Positions 1 to 9,169 are shown, counted from the first letter of the stretch. The stretch is 64,000 bases of DNA from an uncultured Acidobacteriaceae bacterium (GCA_963796145.1 CAWCKO010000072.1:381-64380); one strand, 5' to 3'. Numbers and translations: made by a program. Notes: generated by a model not told the origin, from the sequence alone.

Positions 1-627
1 CCGGATATCCGCAGCTGTCATCTGATCGGTAAGGCCATCGGAACAGAGCAGGAGCGCCGCCGGCTGTGGCAGAGCGAAAGAATGAACCTCGACAAAGTCC
101 GCATCGTTGGGCGTGTGCGCCGTACTTCCAAGATCCCGATACACCTCACTTCTGCGCGGGTGGCGCATGGCTGCATCTTCGCTGAGCCTTTGCGAGTCTT
201 CCAACTCCCCTACCGGGGAGTGGTCTCGCGTGATCTTCTCCATCTTTCCCGGAGTGAGGAGATAGAGCCTCGAGTCACCGACGTGCCCGACCGTAACCTG
301 GTCCTCCTCGATCAATGCGACGGTGGCGACGCAGGCCATTCCGGCCCATTCAGGGTGGCGGGATGCGGCCTCAAAGATCTCCGTGCTGGCGAGCGCGAAT
401 GCCTCCTGTATGCGCTTGTCGCTGGCGCCGGTGCGGCGGGATAGCCGCGTGGAGATGATGTCCACCGCGATCTCCGCGGCGCGCTCGCCTGCTGCATGGC
501 CGCCGAGTCCATCCACTACCAGAAAAATACCGCGCTGCGCATCGATGTAGTAGCGGTCTTCGTTCTCGGTTCGCTTCCGACCTAGGTCGGAATAGCCGCC
601 AACCAGCAATTGCGAAGTGGCAAACAT
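1..627 (-). CDS. PP2C-family Ser/Thr protein phosphatase (N-terminal part; gene runs off window start)
   Basis: Own minus-strand translation from ATG at 627: MFATSQLLVGGYSDLGRKRTENEDRYY..FLVVDGLGGHAAGERAAEIAV..VGHVGDSRLYLL..LLLCSDGLTD. These are canonical PP2C motifs. It is absent from the ORF track because no stop lies in the window. Confidence 0.85.
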   Translation of the reverse strand, partial: MFATSQLLVGGYSDLGRKRTENEDRYYIDAQRGIFLVVDGLGGHAAGERAAEIAVDIISTRLSRRTGASDKRIQEAFALASTEIFEAASRHPEWAGMACVATVALIEEDQVTVGHVGDSRLYLLTPGKMEKITRDHSPVGELEDSQRLSEDAAMRHPRRSEVYRDLGSTAHTPNDADFVEVHSFALPQPAALLLCSDGLTDQMTAADIR

Positions 628-630
628 GTG

Positions 631-729
631 CTAGTCTCTGCGGCGCACGAACGCCCACACCAGGAAAAGAACGATGGCGATGAGTGCGAGAAGAAACGGA
701 ATGCGGAGCCAGAACAGGGTGGAGGTCAA
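631..729 (-). CDS. possible 32-aa single-pass membrane peptide between the FHA and PP2C genes (TTG start)
   Basis: TTG at 729 overlaps the FHA stop (TTGA). The ORF (M)TSTLFWLRIPFLLALIAIVLFLVWAFVRRRD ends with TAG at 633..631, 3 nt before the PP2C ATG. It fills the whole 98-nt gap and has a hydrophobic core plus an RRRD tail. No homology support. Confidence 0.3.
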   Translation of the reverse strand: MTSTLFWLRIPFLLALIAIVLFLVWAFVRRRD

Positions 730-1598
730 GGCTCTGCCTCGAATTCCAACGTGCAGACATCGGCCAGCATGATCCTCGCGGGCGATGGCAAAAGCACCTC
801 GCGGTTGCGATCGACCTTCTCACCGCCTTCGATTCGCTCCACACTATTGGGAATGGGAGTTCCGTTCACCGTCGTTCCGAATTGACTGAGATCCCTGATG
901 AAGAAGGTTCCTGTTTTCGGATCGCGCCGAATGCGGCAGTGTTCGCGGGACACATCCGCAGGGCCTTCGAGCTTCAGATCCACCCAGACAGCTTTTCCTC
1001 CACGGCCAATCACAATCTCTTCGCCGGTCATCACGAACGTCTTGTCCATTCCAGAATCCCGATAGCGCACCCTTGCCAGGACCGCCCTGGCAAGAACCTG
1101 ATCATGAGCGCCGTCGGTATTTCCAGCAACTGTCACCGGTTCTCCGGCATGATGTCGCGTGATGAAGGTCGTCATAGCGCCGGCTCCGAAGTCCTTCGGA
1201 CGAGCGCTGCCCAACTCCGAGTAGATCTCGATCTCACCGGGCCGGAGCCGCTCCTCCTGGTCTCCATGGAACTGGATCATCCACTGCTTTTCAAGGATCT
1301 TGTATTCCGGACGCGGTTCGCCGGCTGAACCGAAGCGCTTGCCAAACGGACGTGCAGTACGGGGTTTGTTCAGGTCCGAGAGGTGCTCCTTGAGAGCACG
1401 GACCGCCTCCTCTCGAATGAGATCCGCGATGGGCTGGATGAGTTCATAGTCTCGTGGATGCAGATATACGTTGAAGATGCAGGGAACGAGAACGGTATAT
1501 CGAACCTTGAACCGCCCAGCATCGGCATTCCGGATCAGCTCGGAGATGATGTCGTCGCCCGTGATCTGGCTCGCAGCGCTCCCGGTCATACTTGTCAA
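726..1598 (-). CDS. FHA domain protein (FhaA-like: N-terminal DUF3662-type region plus C-terminal FHA)
   Basis: 290-aa ORF. The C-terminus GEEIVIGRGGKAVWVDLKLEGPADVSREHCRIRRDPKTGTFFIRDLSQFGTTVNG is a typical FHA core (GR..., SR.H, N.T.VNG). It sits directly upstream of the PP2C gene. Confidence 0.85.
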   Translation of the reverse strand: MTSMTGSAASQITGDDIISELIRNADAGRFKVRYTVLVPCIFNVYLHPRDYELIQPIADLIREEAVRALKEHLSDLNKPRTARPFGKRFGSAGEPRPEYKILEKQWMIQFHGDQEERLRPGEIEIYSELGSARPKDFGAGAMTTFITRHHAGEPVTVAGNTDGAHDQVLARAVLARVRYRDSGMDKTFVMTGEEIVIGRGGKAVWVDLKLEGPADVSREHCRIRRDPKTGTFFIRDLSQFGTTVNGTPIPNSVERIEGGEKVDRNREVLLPSPARIMLADVCTLEFEAEP

Positions 1599-2143
1599 AC
1601 CTCACAGCGGCTTCTTGATTGCATCAGATGTCACTTATAGCAAGACCGTGGCCCGAGGCTCAAATGTCGCATATATCGGTCGCCGTCCGCCTGGCAGACC
1701 GCTGTTTGCCCGAGGGCGTCGTGATCGGCATCCCACAACCGAGGATCTCACTCCATTAGGACGTTTATGTCCTATTATTCCGTATCTGACCCGCCATTGG
1801 CCGAAAAGTCGTTAGCCTTGATCGGAAATGCCTCGGGGCAGGGTGCTGAGGGAGCGAGAAATTGCTCCGAGGCATTTTCGATAAGGAGGCTTGAAGGAAG
1901 GCGCTGGCAGTGGTGGGCGCTGCTATGGAGTTTCGGTCGAGACTCGGCCTAGGTGAACGCGGGTAGGAATGTGGAAGTGAGAGTCGGGAGAGGGTGCTAT
2001 GCGAGGTAGGCATGCGTGGAAGGAGTAATTTCGCGATCTGCATGCAGGCAGGAAGCGGTGAAAAGCTTGTGGTTTTGCAGTTGGGGCGTAGGTGTGCGAA
2101 GACGTGCCGGCACACGTTTGAGAGCGATTGGATGGGAGTGCAA

Positions 2144-3277
2144 TCATGAGGTGTTGGGGACTTTGCATCGGAAGGCCAGTTGTTGTGCGGTAAGGTTGGG
2201 GCCGATACACATGTTGGCTCCGCAACGTGGGCAGCGCCAGGTGGCTAGCTGAGAGATGGCGATGCGGGGATCGGGTCGAGGTTGGCCGGCAAGTTGAAGG
2301 CGAGCGAGTGCGAGCAGTGCGGTTCGGTGAGCACTGGCGAGATAGCCGAAGTGGCGGATGCGGACAAAGCCCCGGGGCAGCACATGTTGGCAAAAGCGGC
2401 GCAGGAACTCGGCAGCGGAGAGAGCCATGATGCGCTGCTTATTGCCGTGAGCATAGTCTTTCCATCGGAAGCTCACGCTGTGACCATCGAAGCTGAGCAG
2501 GCGCTGATTACTGATGGCTACGCGGTGAGTGTAGCGGCCAAGATAGCGCAGCACGTGAGTAGGTCCGCCAAAAGCGGGCTTGGCATAGACCACCCAATCC
2601 TGCTGTAGCAACGTGTGCACGAGGGTCGAGGACAACTCGGGTCGATGCTGACCGGGCGCCCGTTGAAGGAGATCGAGAAACTTGCCGCGAAAGACGCGGC
2701 TGAGGACCTTGACGGGGAGGAAGAAGGGATACTTGGGATGAACCCAGCGGGAATAGCTTGGGTCGAAACCGCCGGCGGGAACGACGCAGTGGAGGTGAGG
2801 ATGCAATCGTAGGTTCTGTCCCCAAGTGTGGAGAATGCTGAGGAAGCCGATCTTGGCTCCGAGGTGCTTGGGGTTGGCCGCAACTTCGAGCATGGTCTGA
2901 GCGCTGGCGCGGAAGAGCAGATCGTAAAGCAGCCGTGGATAGCGCTGACAGAGCGGGTTTAACTGGTGGGGCAAGGTAAAGACGACGTGGAAGTAGGGCA
3001 CGCTGAGCAGATCTTGTTCGCGCCGTGCCAGCCAGCGTTGACGTGCCTGGGCTTGGCACTTGGGACAGTGGCGGTTGCGACAGGAGTTATAGGAAATGGC
3101 TTGGTGGTCACAACCTGAGCAGGCGTCCAGATGGCCACCCAGGGCAGCCGTGCGACATACGGTGATAGCCCGCAACACCTTGAGCTGCTGGTAGCCCAGC
3201 CAGGAGCGGTTCTGTTCCCGGAAGCAGTCTCCCCCGGCCCGAAGGATGTCAGCGACCTCTACGGCAGGCCGCACCAT
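2144..3277 (-). CDS. IS91 family transposase (Y2 HUH rolling-circle type)
   Basis: 377 aa. N-terminal Cys-rich zinc region (CRTAALGGHLDACSGCDHQAISYNSCRNRHCPKC) and LHTWGQNLRLHPHLHCVVPAGG (HUH-like), both typical of IS91/IS801 transposases. Confidence 0.9.
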   Translation of the reverse strand: MVRPAVEVADILRAGGDCFREQNRSWLGYQQLKVLRAITVCRTAALGGHLDACSGCDHQAISYNSCRNRHCPKCQAQARQRWLARREQDLLSVPYFHVVFTLPHQLNPLCQRYPRLLYDLLFRASAQTMLEVAANPKHLGAKIGFLSILHTWGQNLRLHPHLHCVVPAGGFDPSYSRWVHPKYPFFLPVKVLSRVFRGKFLDLLQRAPGQHRPELSSTLVHTLLQQDWVVYAKPAFGGPTHVLRYLGRYTHRVAISNQRLLSFDGHSVSFRWKDYAHGNKQRIMALSAAEFLRRFCQHVLPRGFVRIRHFGYLASAHRTALLALARLQLAGQPRPDPRIAISQLATWRCPRCGANMCIGPNLTAQQLAFRCKVPNTS

Positions 3278-3484
3278 TTAACTTTTTTTCCGATGATAGC
3301 TGCGGCCTGCCTGGCTAACGCTGGAGAGTTGTAAACTCTCCAGCGGGTTCAATACGGTTTGTAAGTGCCGCTGCGACAGATGAAGATACTTGGCCGTGGT
3401 TTCCAGGTCTCCATGGCCGAGCAGAACCTGGATCGTCCGCAGGTCCGTTCCCGCCTCGAGCAAATGGGTAGCCCAGCTATGGCG
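3278..3484 (-). pseudogene. 3' segment of a split tyrosine recombinase/integrase gene (carries the catalytic-Tyr box)
   Basis: The minus strand reads (LR)[36 protein letters not shown].., the box II/catalytic Tyr region. An upstream in-frame TAG lies inside the inserted element. It continues the frame of 6082..6771 when 3485..6084 is removed. Confidence 0.85.
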
Positions 3485-3561
3485 TAAGGCATCCTCGTAC
3501 TACTCATGATCTGCATCCCACAAAGATCTGTTATCCATGTCACCCCTTCTACGGGGTTGAG

Positions 3562-3972
3562 GTGGAAGTTGTTCGGCATTTGCGAAGGAGGGAGTCGACG
3601 GTTCTCGTCGTCAGACTTCCTACAGGAACACAGATCGCATTACCCAAGTGGATGTTGACTCCCGAACTATGCGATCGGTTGAGTTACGAAGATAGGCCCC
3701 GAATCGATATCACAGCTCTGCTTGAGCTCCGCCGGCTCATTGATGCCCAGCGCGTCGATCGTGGCTTCGAGAACCTGGGTCGTGCAGAATCTGCATCAGG
3801 AGGTCAGGATGCAGAACAACAAGGAAAGTCGCATCGTACTGCAGCGCAAACTGCGGTTCGAGGAAGAGGAGATTTGGACCGAGCTTCCGGAATCGACGCG
3901 GGAACACTGCCGCGGACTGTGGCGCCAACTGTTGGAAAGCGTCCTCAACGACGCAGACAGGAGGCCCAATGA
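3562..3972 (+). CDS. hypothetical small protein of the serine-recombinase element (only the first ~80 codons look coding)
   Basis: GTG-start ORF. The N-terminal part VLVVRLPTGTQIALPKWMLTPELCDRLSYEDRPRIDITALLELRRLIDAQ looks protein-like. After ~3800 third-position GC drops and the frame of 3809..3985 looks coding instead. Confidence 0.3.
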   Translation: MEVVRHLRRRESTVLVVRLPTGTQIALPKWMLTPELCDRLSYEDRPRIDITALLELRRLIDAQRVDRGFENLGRAESASGGQDAEQQGKSHRTAAQTAVRGRGDLDRASGIDAGTLPRTVAPTVGKRPQRRRQEAQ

Positions 3973-3985
3973 ACGAGAAGATTAA
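3809..3985 (+). CDS. hypothetical 58-aa protein (candidate accessory or directionality factor of the element)
   Basis: AGGAGG is 5 nt upstream of the ATG at 3809. Sequence MQNNKESRIVLQRKLRFEEEEIWTELPESTREHCRGLWRQLLESVLNDADRRPNERED has high third-position GC. It overlaps the recombinase start by 17 nt. Confidence 0.45.
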   Translation: MQNNKESRIVLQRKLRFEEEEIWTELPESTREHCRGLWRQLLESVLNDADRRPNERED

Positions 3986-6044
3986 GGGACATCAGTTGGA
4001 GCGAGGAGCCTACGTTTACGTGCGGCAATCGACACCCTATCAGGTGCGCAATCATCTGGAGAGTAAGGAACGGCAGTATGCCCTGGCTCAGCGTGCATCC
4101 CAGCTGGGCTTTCACAAGGTCACCGTAATCGATGAGGACTTGGGACGCTCGGGCGCTGGCACCCAGGAGAGGCCGGGCTTCGGCCGACTGCTGGCATCTG
4201 TGTGCCAGGGCCTGGCCGGAGCGGTATTAGCCCTGGAGGCTTCGCGTCTGGCGCGCAACAACCGTGATTGGCATCATCTCGTGGATCTGTGCGCACTGAC
4301 GGAAACGTTGCTTATCGACTGTGACGGGATCTACGACCCACGCCAGTTGAATGATCGCCTGGTCCTTGGTCTGAAGGGAACGATGTCGGAGTTCGAACTT
4401 GGCCTGTTGAGACAACGGGCTCGCGAGTCTTTTGAGCAGAAGGCGCGCCGCGGCTTTGCGATGTGGGAACTGCCGGTGGGGTTTATCCGCACCGATGAAG
4501 GACGGATCGAAAAGACACCTGATCGCCAGGTGCAGCAGGCGGTCGGCAGCGTATTTCACAAGTTCCAACAGCTGGGAAGTGCTCGTCAAGCTGCGATCTG
4601 GTTCCGGGAAGAGCAAATCCCGGTGCCCAAGACCAAACCCGGAACTGCCGGAGCGGAGATAGTCTGGGGGTTGCCGAGCAGCGGAAGAATCCGTCAGATG
4701 CTGAACAACCCGTGCTATGCCGGAGCGTTCGCGTACGGTAAGTCCGGGGCGCGCACGGTGATCGAGCATGGGCGAGCGCGGCAACTCTCACGTTACCGGA
4801 AACCACATGATGAATGGAAGGTGTTGCTTGTCGACCATCATCCGGGGTACATCAGTTGGGAGGAGTACTTGGAGAACCGACGTCGACTGGAGGCCAATGT
4901 GGCATGGTCCGGCAGTGAAAGCAGCGGTGCGGTGAAGCGAGGCGCAGCTCTGTTATCAGGCTTGCTGCGTTGCGGTCGATGCGGACGGAAAATGCAAGTT
5001 GTATATAGCGGCAGCAGCGGCAGAGTCCCTCGATATGTCTGTCAGGGTGATCGGGGAGACCGCGGATCAGGCCACTGCTTTACGGTGGGCAGCTTGCGGC
5101 TGGATCGAGCCGTGGTGCAAAGCGTACTGACCGCTATTCGACCTGCCGGGATCGAGGCTGCAATCCAATTAGCAGCGTGCGCCAAAGTCGAAGGCGATGA
5201 GAAGCGAAAAGCACTCGAGCTGGCCCTGGAACGGGCTCGCTATGAGGAGAAGCGTGCGCGTCGGCAGTTTGATGCTGTGGAGCCAGAAAATCGTCTCGTG
5301 GCCGGTGAGTTAGAGGCTCGCTGGAATAGCGCACTGGCTCAGGTTGCGGAAGCCGAGGCACGCCTCGTTGCGGCGGGTAAAACTGCCGAGCCTCTCAGCG
5401 AGGAACAGAAGCAACGACTATCCATGTTGAGCGAAGATCTCTCTGTGTTGTGGAATCAGCCCGAAGCGCCGATCCCACTGAAGAAGCGCATTCTGCGGAC
5501 AGTCCTGACAGAGATCATCGTCGATAGTGAACCTGATCCCTCAACTCATCGCCTGCGTCTGCACTGGGCTGGTGGAGTGCACTCGGAACTGCGTATGGAA
5601 CGAAACAAGCCAGGACACCACCGTCACAGTGCGGACCGTTCGGTGATCGATTTGGTTCGCGAGTTATCGAAGATATGCCAGGACAAGGTGATCGCGGCTA
5701 TCTTGAATCGTCTCGGATACAAAACCGGTCAAGACAAAACTTGGAATGCATCTCGTGTCGCCGGACTGCGGGGATATCACAAGATCGCTCCCTTCCAAAA
5801 CCAAGATGACTGGGTGACACAGGAAGCGGCGGCGCGAGAGCTACAAGTAAGTAATACGGTGGTGAAGCGACTGATTCGACAACGTACCCTCCCGGCAAGA
5901 CAGGTCGTGGAATACGCGCCATGGATCATCGAGAAAAAGGATCTACTGCTTCCGGAGGTGCAACAAGCGGTGAGAGCAGCACGTCGTGGTGCCCATAAAC
6001 TTCCGCAAATCCCCTTCGGTCAAGGCCGATTGTCTTTAGAATGA
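3969..6044 (+). CDS. large serine recombinase (resolvase/invertase catalytic domain + recombinase domain + zinc ribbon + coiled coil)
   Basis: 691 aa. N-terminus YVYVRQSTPYQ (catalytic Ser), ALEASRLARNNRDWHHL, and a Cys cluster LLRCGRCGRKMQV..YVCQG. Confidence 0.9.
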   Translation: MNEKIKGHQLERGAYVYVRQSTPYQVRNHLESKERQYALAQRASQLGFHKVTVIDEDLGRSGAGTQERPGFGRLLASVCQGLAGAVLALEASRLARNNRDWHHLVDLCALTETLLIDCDGIYDPRQLNDRLVLGLKGTMSEFELGLLRQRARESFEQKARRGFAMWELPVGFIRTDEGRIEKTPDRQVQQAVGSVFHKFQQLGSARQAAIWFREEQIPVPKTKPGTAGAEIVWGLPSSGRIRQMLNNPCYAGAFAYGKSGARTVIEHGRARQLSRYRKPHDEWKVLLVDHHPGYISWEEYLENRRRLEANVAWSGSESSGAVKRGAALLSGLLRCGRCGRKMQVVYSGSSGRVPRYVCQGDRGDRGSGHCFTVGSLRLDRAVVQSVLTAIRPAGIEAAIQLAACAKVEGDEKRKALELALERARYEEKRARRQFDAVEPENRLVAGELEARWNSALAQVAEAEARLVAAGKTAEPLSEEQKQRLSMLSEDLSVLWNQPEAPIPLKKRILRTVLTEIIVDSEPDPSTHRLRLHWAGGVHSELRMERNKPGHHRHSADRSVIDLVRELSKICQDKVIAAILNRLGYKTGQDKTWNASRVAGLRGYHKIAPFQNQDDWVTQEAAARELQVSNTVVKRLIRQRTLPARQVVEYAPWIIEKKDLLLPEVQQAVRAARRGAHKLPQIPFGQGRLSLE

Positions 6045-6081
6045 ATGGACTCTGAAAGGTGGTGTAGTATGCCCAAGCCTG

Positions 6082-6771
6082 CCGCAAGGTGTGAGGCGTT
6101 ACATGCTTGGTGATGCGTGCATGGCGGGCCGCTTCTTTACAGGCATACCAAACGGTCTTGTCGGAAATGGGTCTGTCCTGATCGCGTTGACCTATGCTGC
6201 TGGGAAAAAGATAGATCCGAGGCTTCTTCCAGCGCCAATACTCACGAAGCGTTTCCAATAGCGCCGGGCTGAGTGGCAGGTCTCGACTGTCGCCGCCCTT
6301 GCCGCGCTCCACGCGGATCATCATGCGCCGGCTGTCGATATCGCGCACCTTGAGCATCGACACTTCTGTCCGCCGCATGCCCGTGCCGTATAGCGTCATC
6401 AGCAGGGCGCGCTGCATGAGGTTGCCGGCGGCATCGATAAGCCGGGCCACCTCCTCCAGACTCAACACCGTCGGCAACCGGCGATAAGACTTCGGGTAGG
6501 GCAACTCCTCTCGGAACTCGCGTCGTTTGAGCGTTCGAACGAAGAAGAATCGCAGCGCCGCAACGCGGGCCACCACGCTCGCCACTGCCAGCTTGCGCTC
6601 AACCAGCAAATAGGCCTGGTAGCTTCTCAGATCGTCTGGCCCTAACTTGTCTGGAGATTTTCCAAAGTGTACGGCGAACTGTTGGACTGCTTGCAGATAG
6701 GCTCGAGTCGTGCCCTCGGAATAGTTGCGCCGCTGGAGCTCTTCCAGCATCCTCTTGCGTAAATGGGTCAC
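6082..6771 (-). pseudogene. 5' segment (codons 1-230) of the split tyrosine recombinase/integrase gene
   Basis: MTHLRKRMLEELQRRNYSEGTTRAYLQAVQQFAVHF.. (SAM-like N-domain) ..LMTLYGTGMRRTEVSMLKVRDID..HVTPHTLR. The track ORF 5926..6771 then reads through 51 unrelated codons into the inserted element. Confidence 0.85.
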
Positions 6772-6971
6772 AGGAACCTCCTCCCTTGTGACCCAACCTT
6801 ACCTCAGCTACCGCTGTTGGCTGCTCCACGCTCAGGCAGTGTCCGCCGCGCCAGCGGCTTCGTTCTAGTCGGCATCTCGTACACTTGCGCACCCGCGCGT
6901 ATCAACGGTTTGCCAAAATTCCGACTAGCCGGTTATCCGACAGGTGGCTTTCCGGCTGTTAAAACGGAGTT

Positions 6972-7075
6972 CCTGTGAAACGGGATTCCCGGTAACTTCC
7001 CATCGACTTGATGACGTCCGCGTTCCCATGGTGAAATCGCCGCCCAGGCACTTGGGCGGGAAAGTTCCGCAGACA
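6972..7075 (+). repeat. intergenic repeat family, copy D (modules 1+2), upstream of S9 peptidase
   Basis: CCTGTGAAACGGGATTCCCGGTAACTTCC (6972..7000) and GGTGAAATCGCCGCCCAGGCACTTGGGCGGGAAAG (7030..7064) align with the copies at 10185 and 10237. Confidence 0.6.
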
Positions 7076-7127
7076 TAGCCGGCAGGAGTATCTTGGGGAC
7101 ACGTCGACCTCTGTTCCGGAGCCGCTC

Positions 7128-9169
7128 ATGAAGAGGCTTATCTTTTCTTTCGTAGCGCTAGTCAGCCTCGTCGAACCAACGGCTCTTCGGGCGCAGCAAT
7201 CGCCCATCATCGACCGAAACCTTTTCTTTGGCGAGATAGAGATTGCCGGCGCGCAGATCTCGCCCGATGGCCAGTACCTTTCATTCTTGAAGCCGTACAA
7301 GGGGACGCGCAACATCTGGGTGAAGAAGGCGAGCGATCCGTTTACCGCGGCGCGTCCGGTCAGCGCGGAGGCCACGCGGCCCGTCCGCGCTTATTTCTGG
7401 AGCCGCGATTCAAAGTACATCCTGTACTCGCAGGATGCGGGCGGCGACGAAAACTTCAACATCTATGCCATCGATCCGACCCTGCCTGCAGACGCGAAGA
7501 CAGGGGTTCCCCTAACCCGCGCGCTCACCAACCTCAAAGGCGTACGGACCGAGATCTTCGCGGTACCCAAGTCGAAGCCGGACATTCTGTACATTGGCCT
7601 GAACGACCGCGATCCGCGCTGGCACGACCTATATGAACTGCACCTTTCGACCGGCGAGAAGAAGTTGGTCCGCAAGAATACGGAGCAGATCGCCGGGTGG
7701 GAGTTCGACCACGACGGCAACCTGCGGCTGGCGGAACGCACCAATCAAGTAGGCGACACAGAGATCCTGCGCGTCGATCCAGACGGCCTTAAGCAAATCT
7801 ACAGCTGTACGGTGTTGGAAAGCTGCGGCGTGAGGGGTTTCGACGCCACCAACAAGCAGGTTTACCTGATGACGAACAAGGGATCGCTGGACCTGACCGA
7901 GCTGGACCTGATGGATGCTGGGACGGGCGCGACGGCCCGGGTCGAGAGCGACCCGGAGAAGCGTGTGGACATCCGCAATATGGAGCTCTCCGACGTCGAC
8001 TACCGCATCCTTTTTACCGAGTATGAGGACGACCGCGTTCGGCTGTACTTCAAGGACAAGACCTTCGAGAAGGAGTATCGCTGGCTGCAACGAAGCTGCC
8101 CGGCGAGGAGATCGGATTTGGTGCGCGCTCGAAGGACGAGAACATCTGGATCGTGAACTCTTACAGCGACAGGGAACCAGGCGAAACCTACCTATGGAAC
8201 CGCCAGGCGAAGACGCTGGTGCTGCAGTACCGCATCCGCGAAGAACTGCCCCGCACGTCGCTCTCTGAGCGCAGGCCGTACCACTTCAAGTCGTCGGACG
8301 GTCTCGATATTCCAGCCTACCTGACGCTGCCGAAAGGCCTGCAGGCGAAGAGCCTGCCGCTGATCGTCTTTCCGCATGGCGGCCCGTGGGGTCGCGACTC
8401 GTTCGGCTACGATACCTTTGCCCAATTCCTGTCTAACCGCGGCTACGCGGTGCTACAGCCCAACTTCCGTGGCTCTACCGGTTACGGCGAAAAGTTCCTG
8501 AACGCCGGCAACGGTGAGTGGGGCCGCAAAATGCAAGACGACCTGACTTGGGGTGTCAAGGCTCTGGTGGCCGACGGAACGGCGGATCCCAGGCGCGTTG
8601 GTATCGCAGGCGGCTCCTACGGTGGCTACGCAACCCTGGCCGGCGTGGCCTTCACACCCGACGTCTACGCTGCAGCCGTAGCCATTGTGGCGCCGTCCAA
8701 CCTCATCACGCTGCTCGATGCCATTCCGCCCTACTGGGAGGCGGGCCGCAAACAGCTATACGCCCGCATGGCCGATCCAACGACACCGGAGGGCAGGGCA
8801 TTGCTCATCGCCGAGTCCCCGCTGACCCAGGCAAAGTCCATCGTGACCCCGCTGATGGTGGTGCAGGGCAAGAACGATCCCCGTGTAAATATCCGCGAGA
8901 GCAACCAGATTGTGGCCGCAGTGCGTGACAACGGCAAGCCCGTCGAGTACCTGGTGGCGCCGGACGAAGGCCACGGCTTCGCTCGGCCAATCAACAATCT
9001 TGCCATGGTCACGGCGATGGAGGAGTTCTTCGCTAGGTACCTCGCTGGCCGCTACCAACAGGACGTTCCGGCAGAGGTAGAGGCCAAGCTGAAGGAGATC
9101 ACGGTCGATCCCAAGACGGTCACTGGCGCAGTGACTCTGAAGGGATCTGCGGCGGGACCGGCGAATTGA
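7128..9169 (+). pseudogene. S9 family serine peptidase (beta-propeller + prolyl-oligopeptidase catalytic domain), one frame break near 8091..8095
   Basis: Signal peptide, propeller region (ISPDGQYLSF..), catalytic GGSYGGY / GKNDPRV / DEGHGF. ORFs 7128..8156 and 8153..9169 join if CGAAG is read as CGAAAG (..YRWLQRKLPGEEIGFGARSKDENIWIV..). Confidence 0.85.

Larger units (their letters stand above)
3485..6084 (+). mobile_element. ~2.6-kb integrated element encoding a large serine recombinase, inserted in the integrase gene (boundaries +/- a few nt within the shared CG(T/C)AAGG)
   Basis: Removing this segment restores ..[19 protein letters not shown]... Both junctions share CG + (T/C)AAGG. The joined ends (6064..6084 + 3485..3503) form a 40-bp imperfect palindrome centred on CG. 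Confidence 0.8.
2144..6771 (-). mobile_element. core of an IS91-family-like element (tyrosine integrase gene followed by Y2/HUH transposase gene); true ends not determined
   Basis: The integrase stop (3278..3280) abuts the transposase ATG (3277). The flanks 1600-2143 and 6772-6960 are non-coding and carry stem-loops (1756..1773; 1826..1877). Termini could not be defined from one copy. Confidence 0.55.

Noticed and set aside
1765-3059. Pro/Ser/Arg-rich ORFs (1765..2115-, 1923..2393-, 2508..3059-, 2518..2883-, 2282..2608+)
   Set aside because: They are alternative frames of, or antisense to, the IS91 transposase, or lie in its non-coding flank. Their biased composition is typical of off-frame GC-rich DNA.
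5926-6081. C-terminal 51 codons of track ORF 5926..6771 (QAWAYYTTFQSPFILKTIGL...)
   Set aside because: This is read-through from the truncated integrase into the inserted serine-recombinase element, antisense to the recombinase 3' end. It is not a genuine protein segment.
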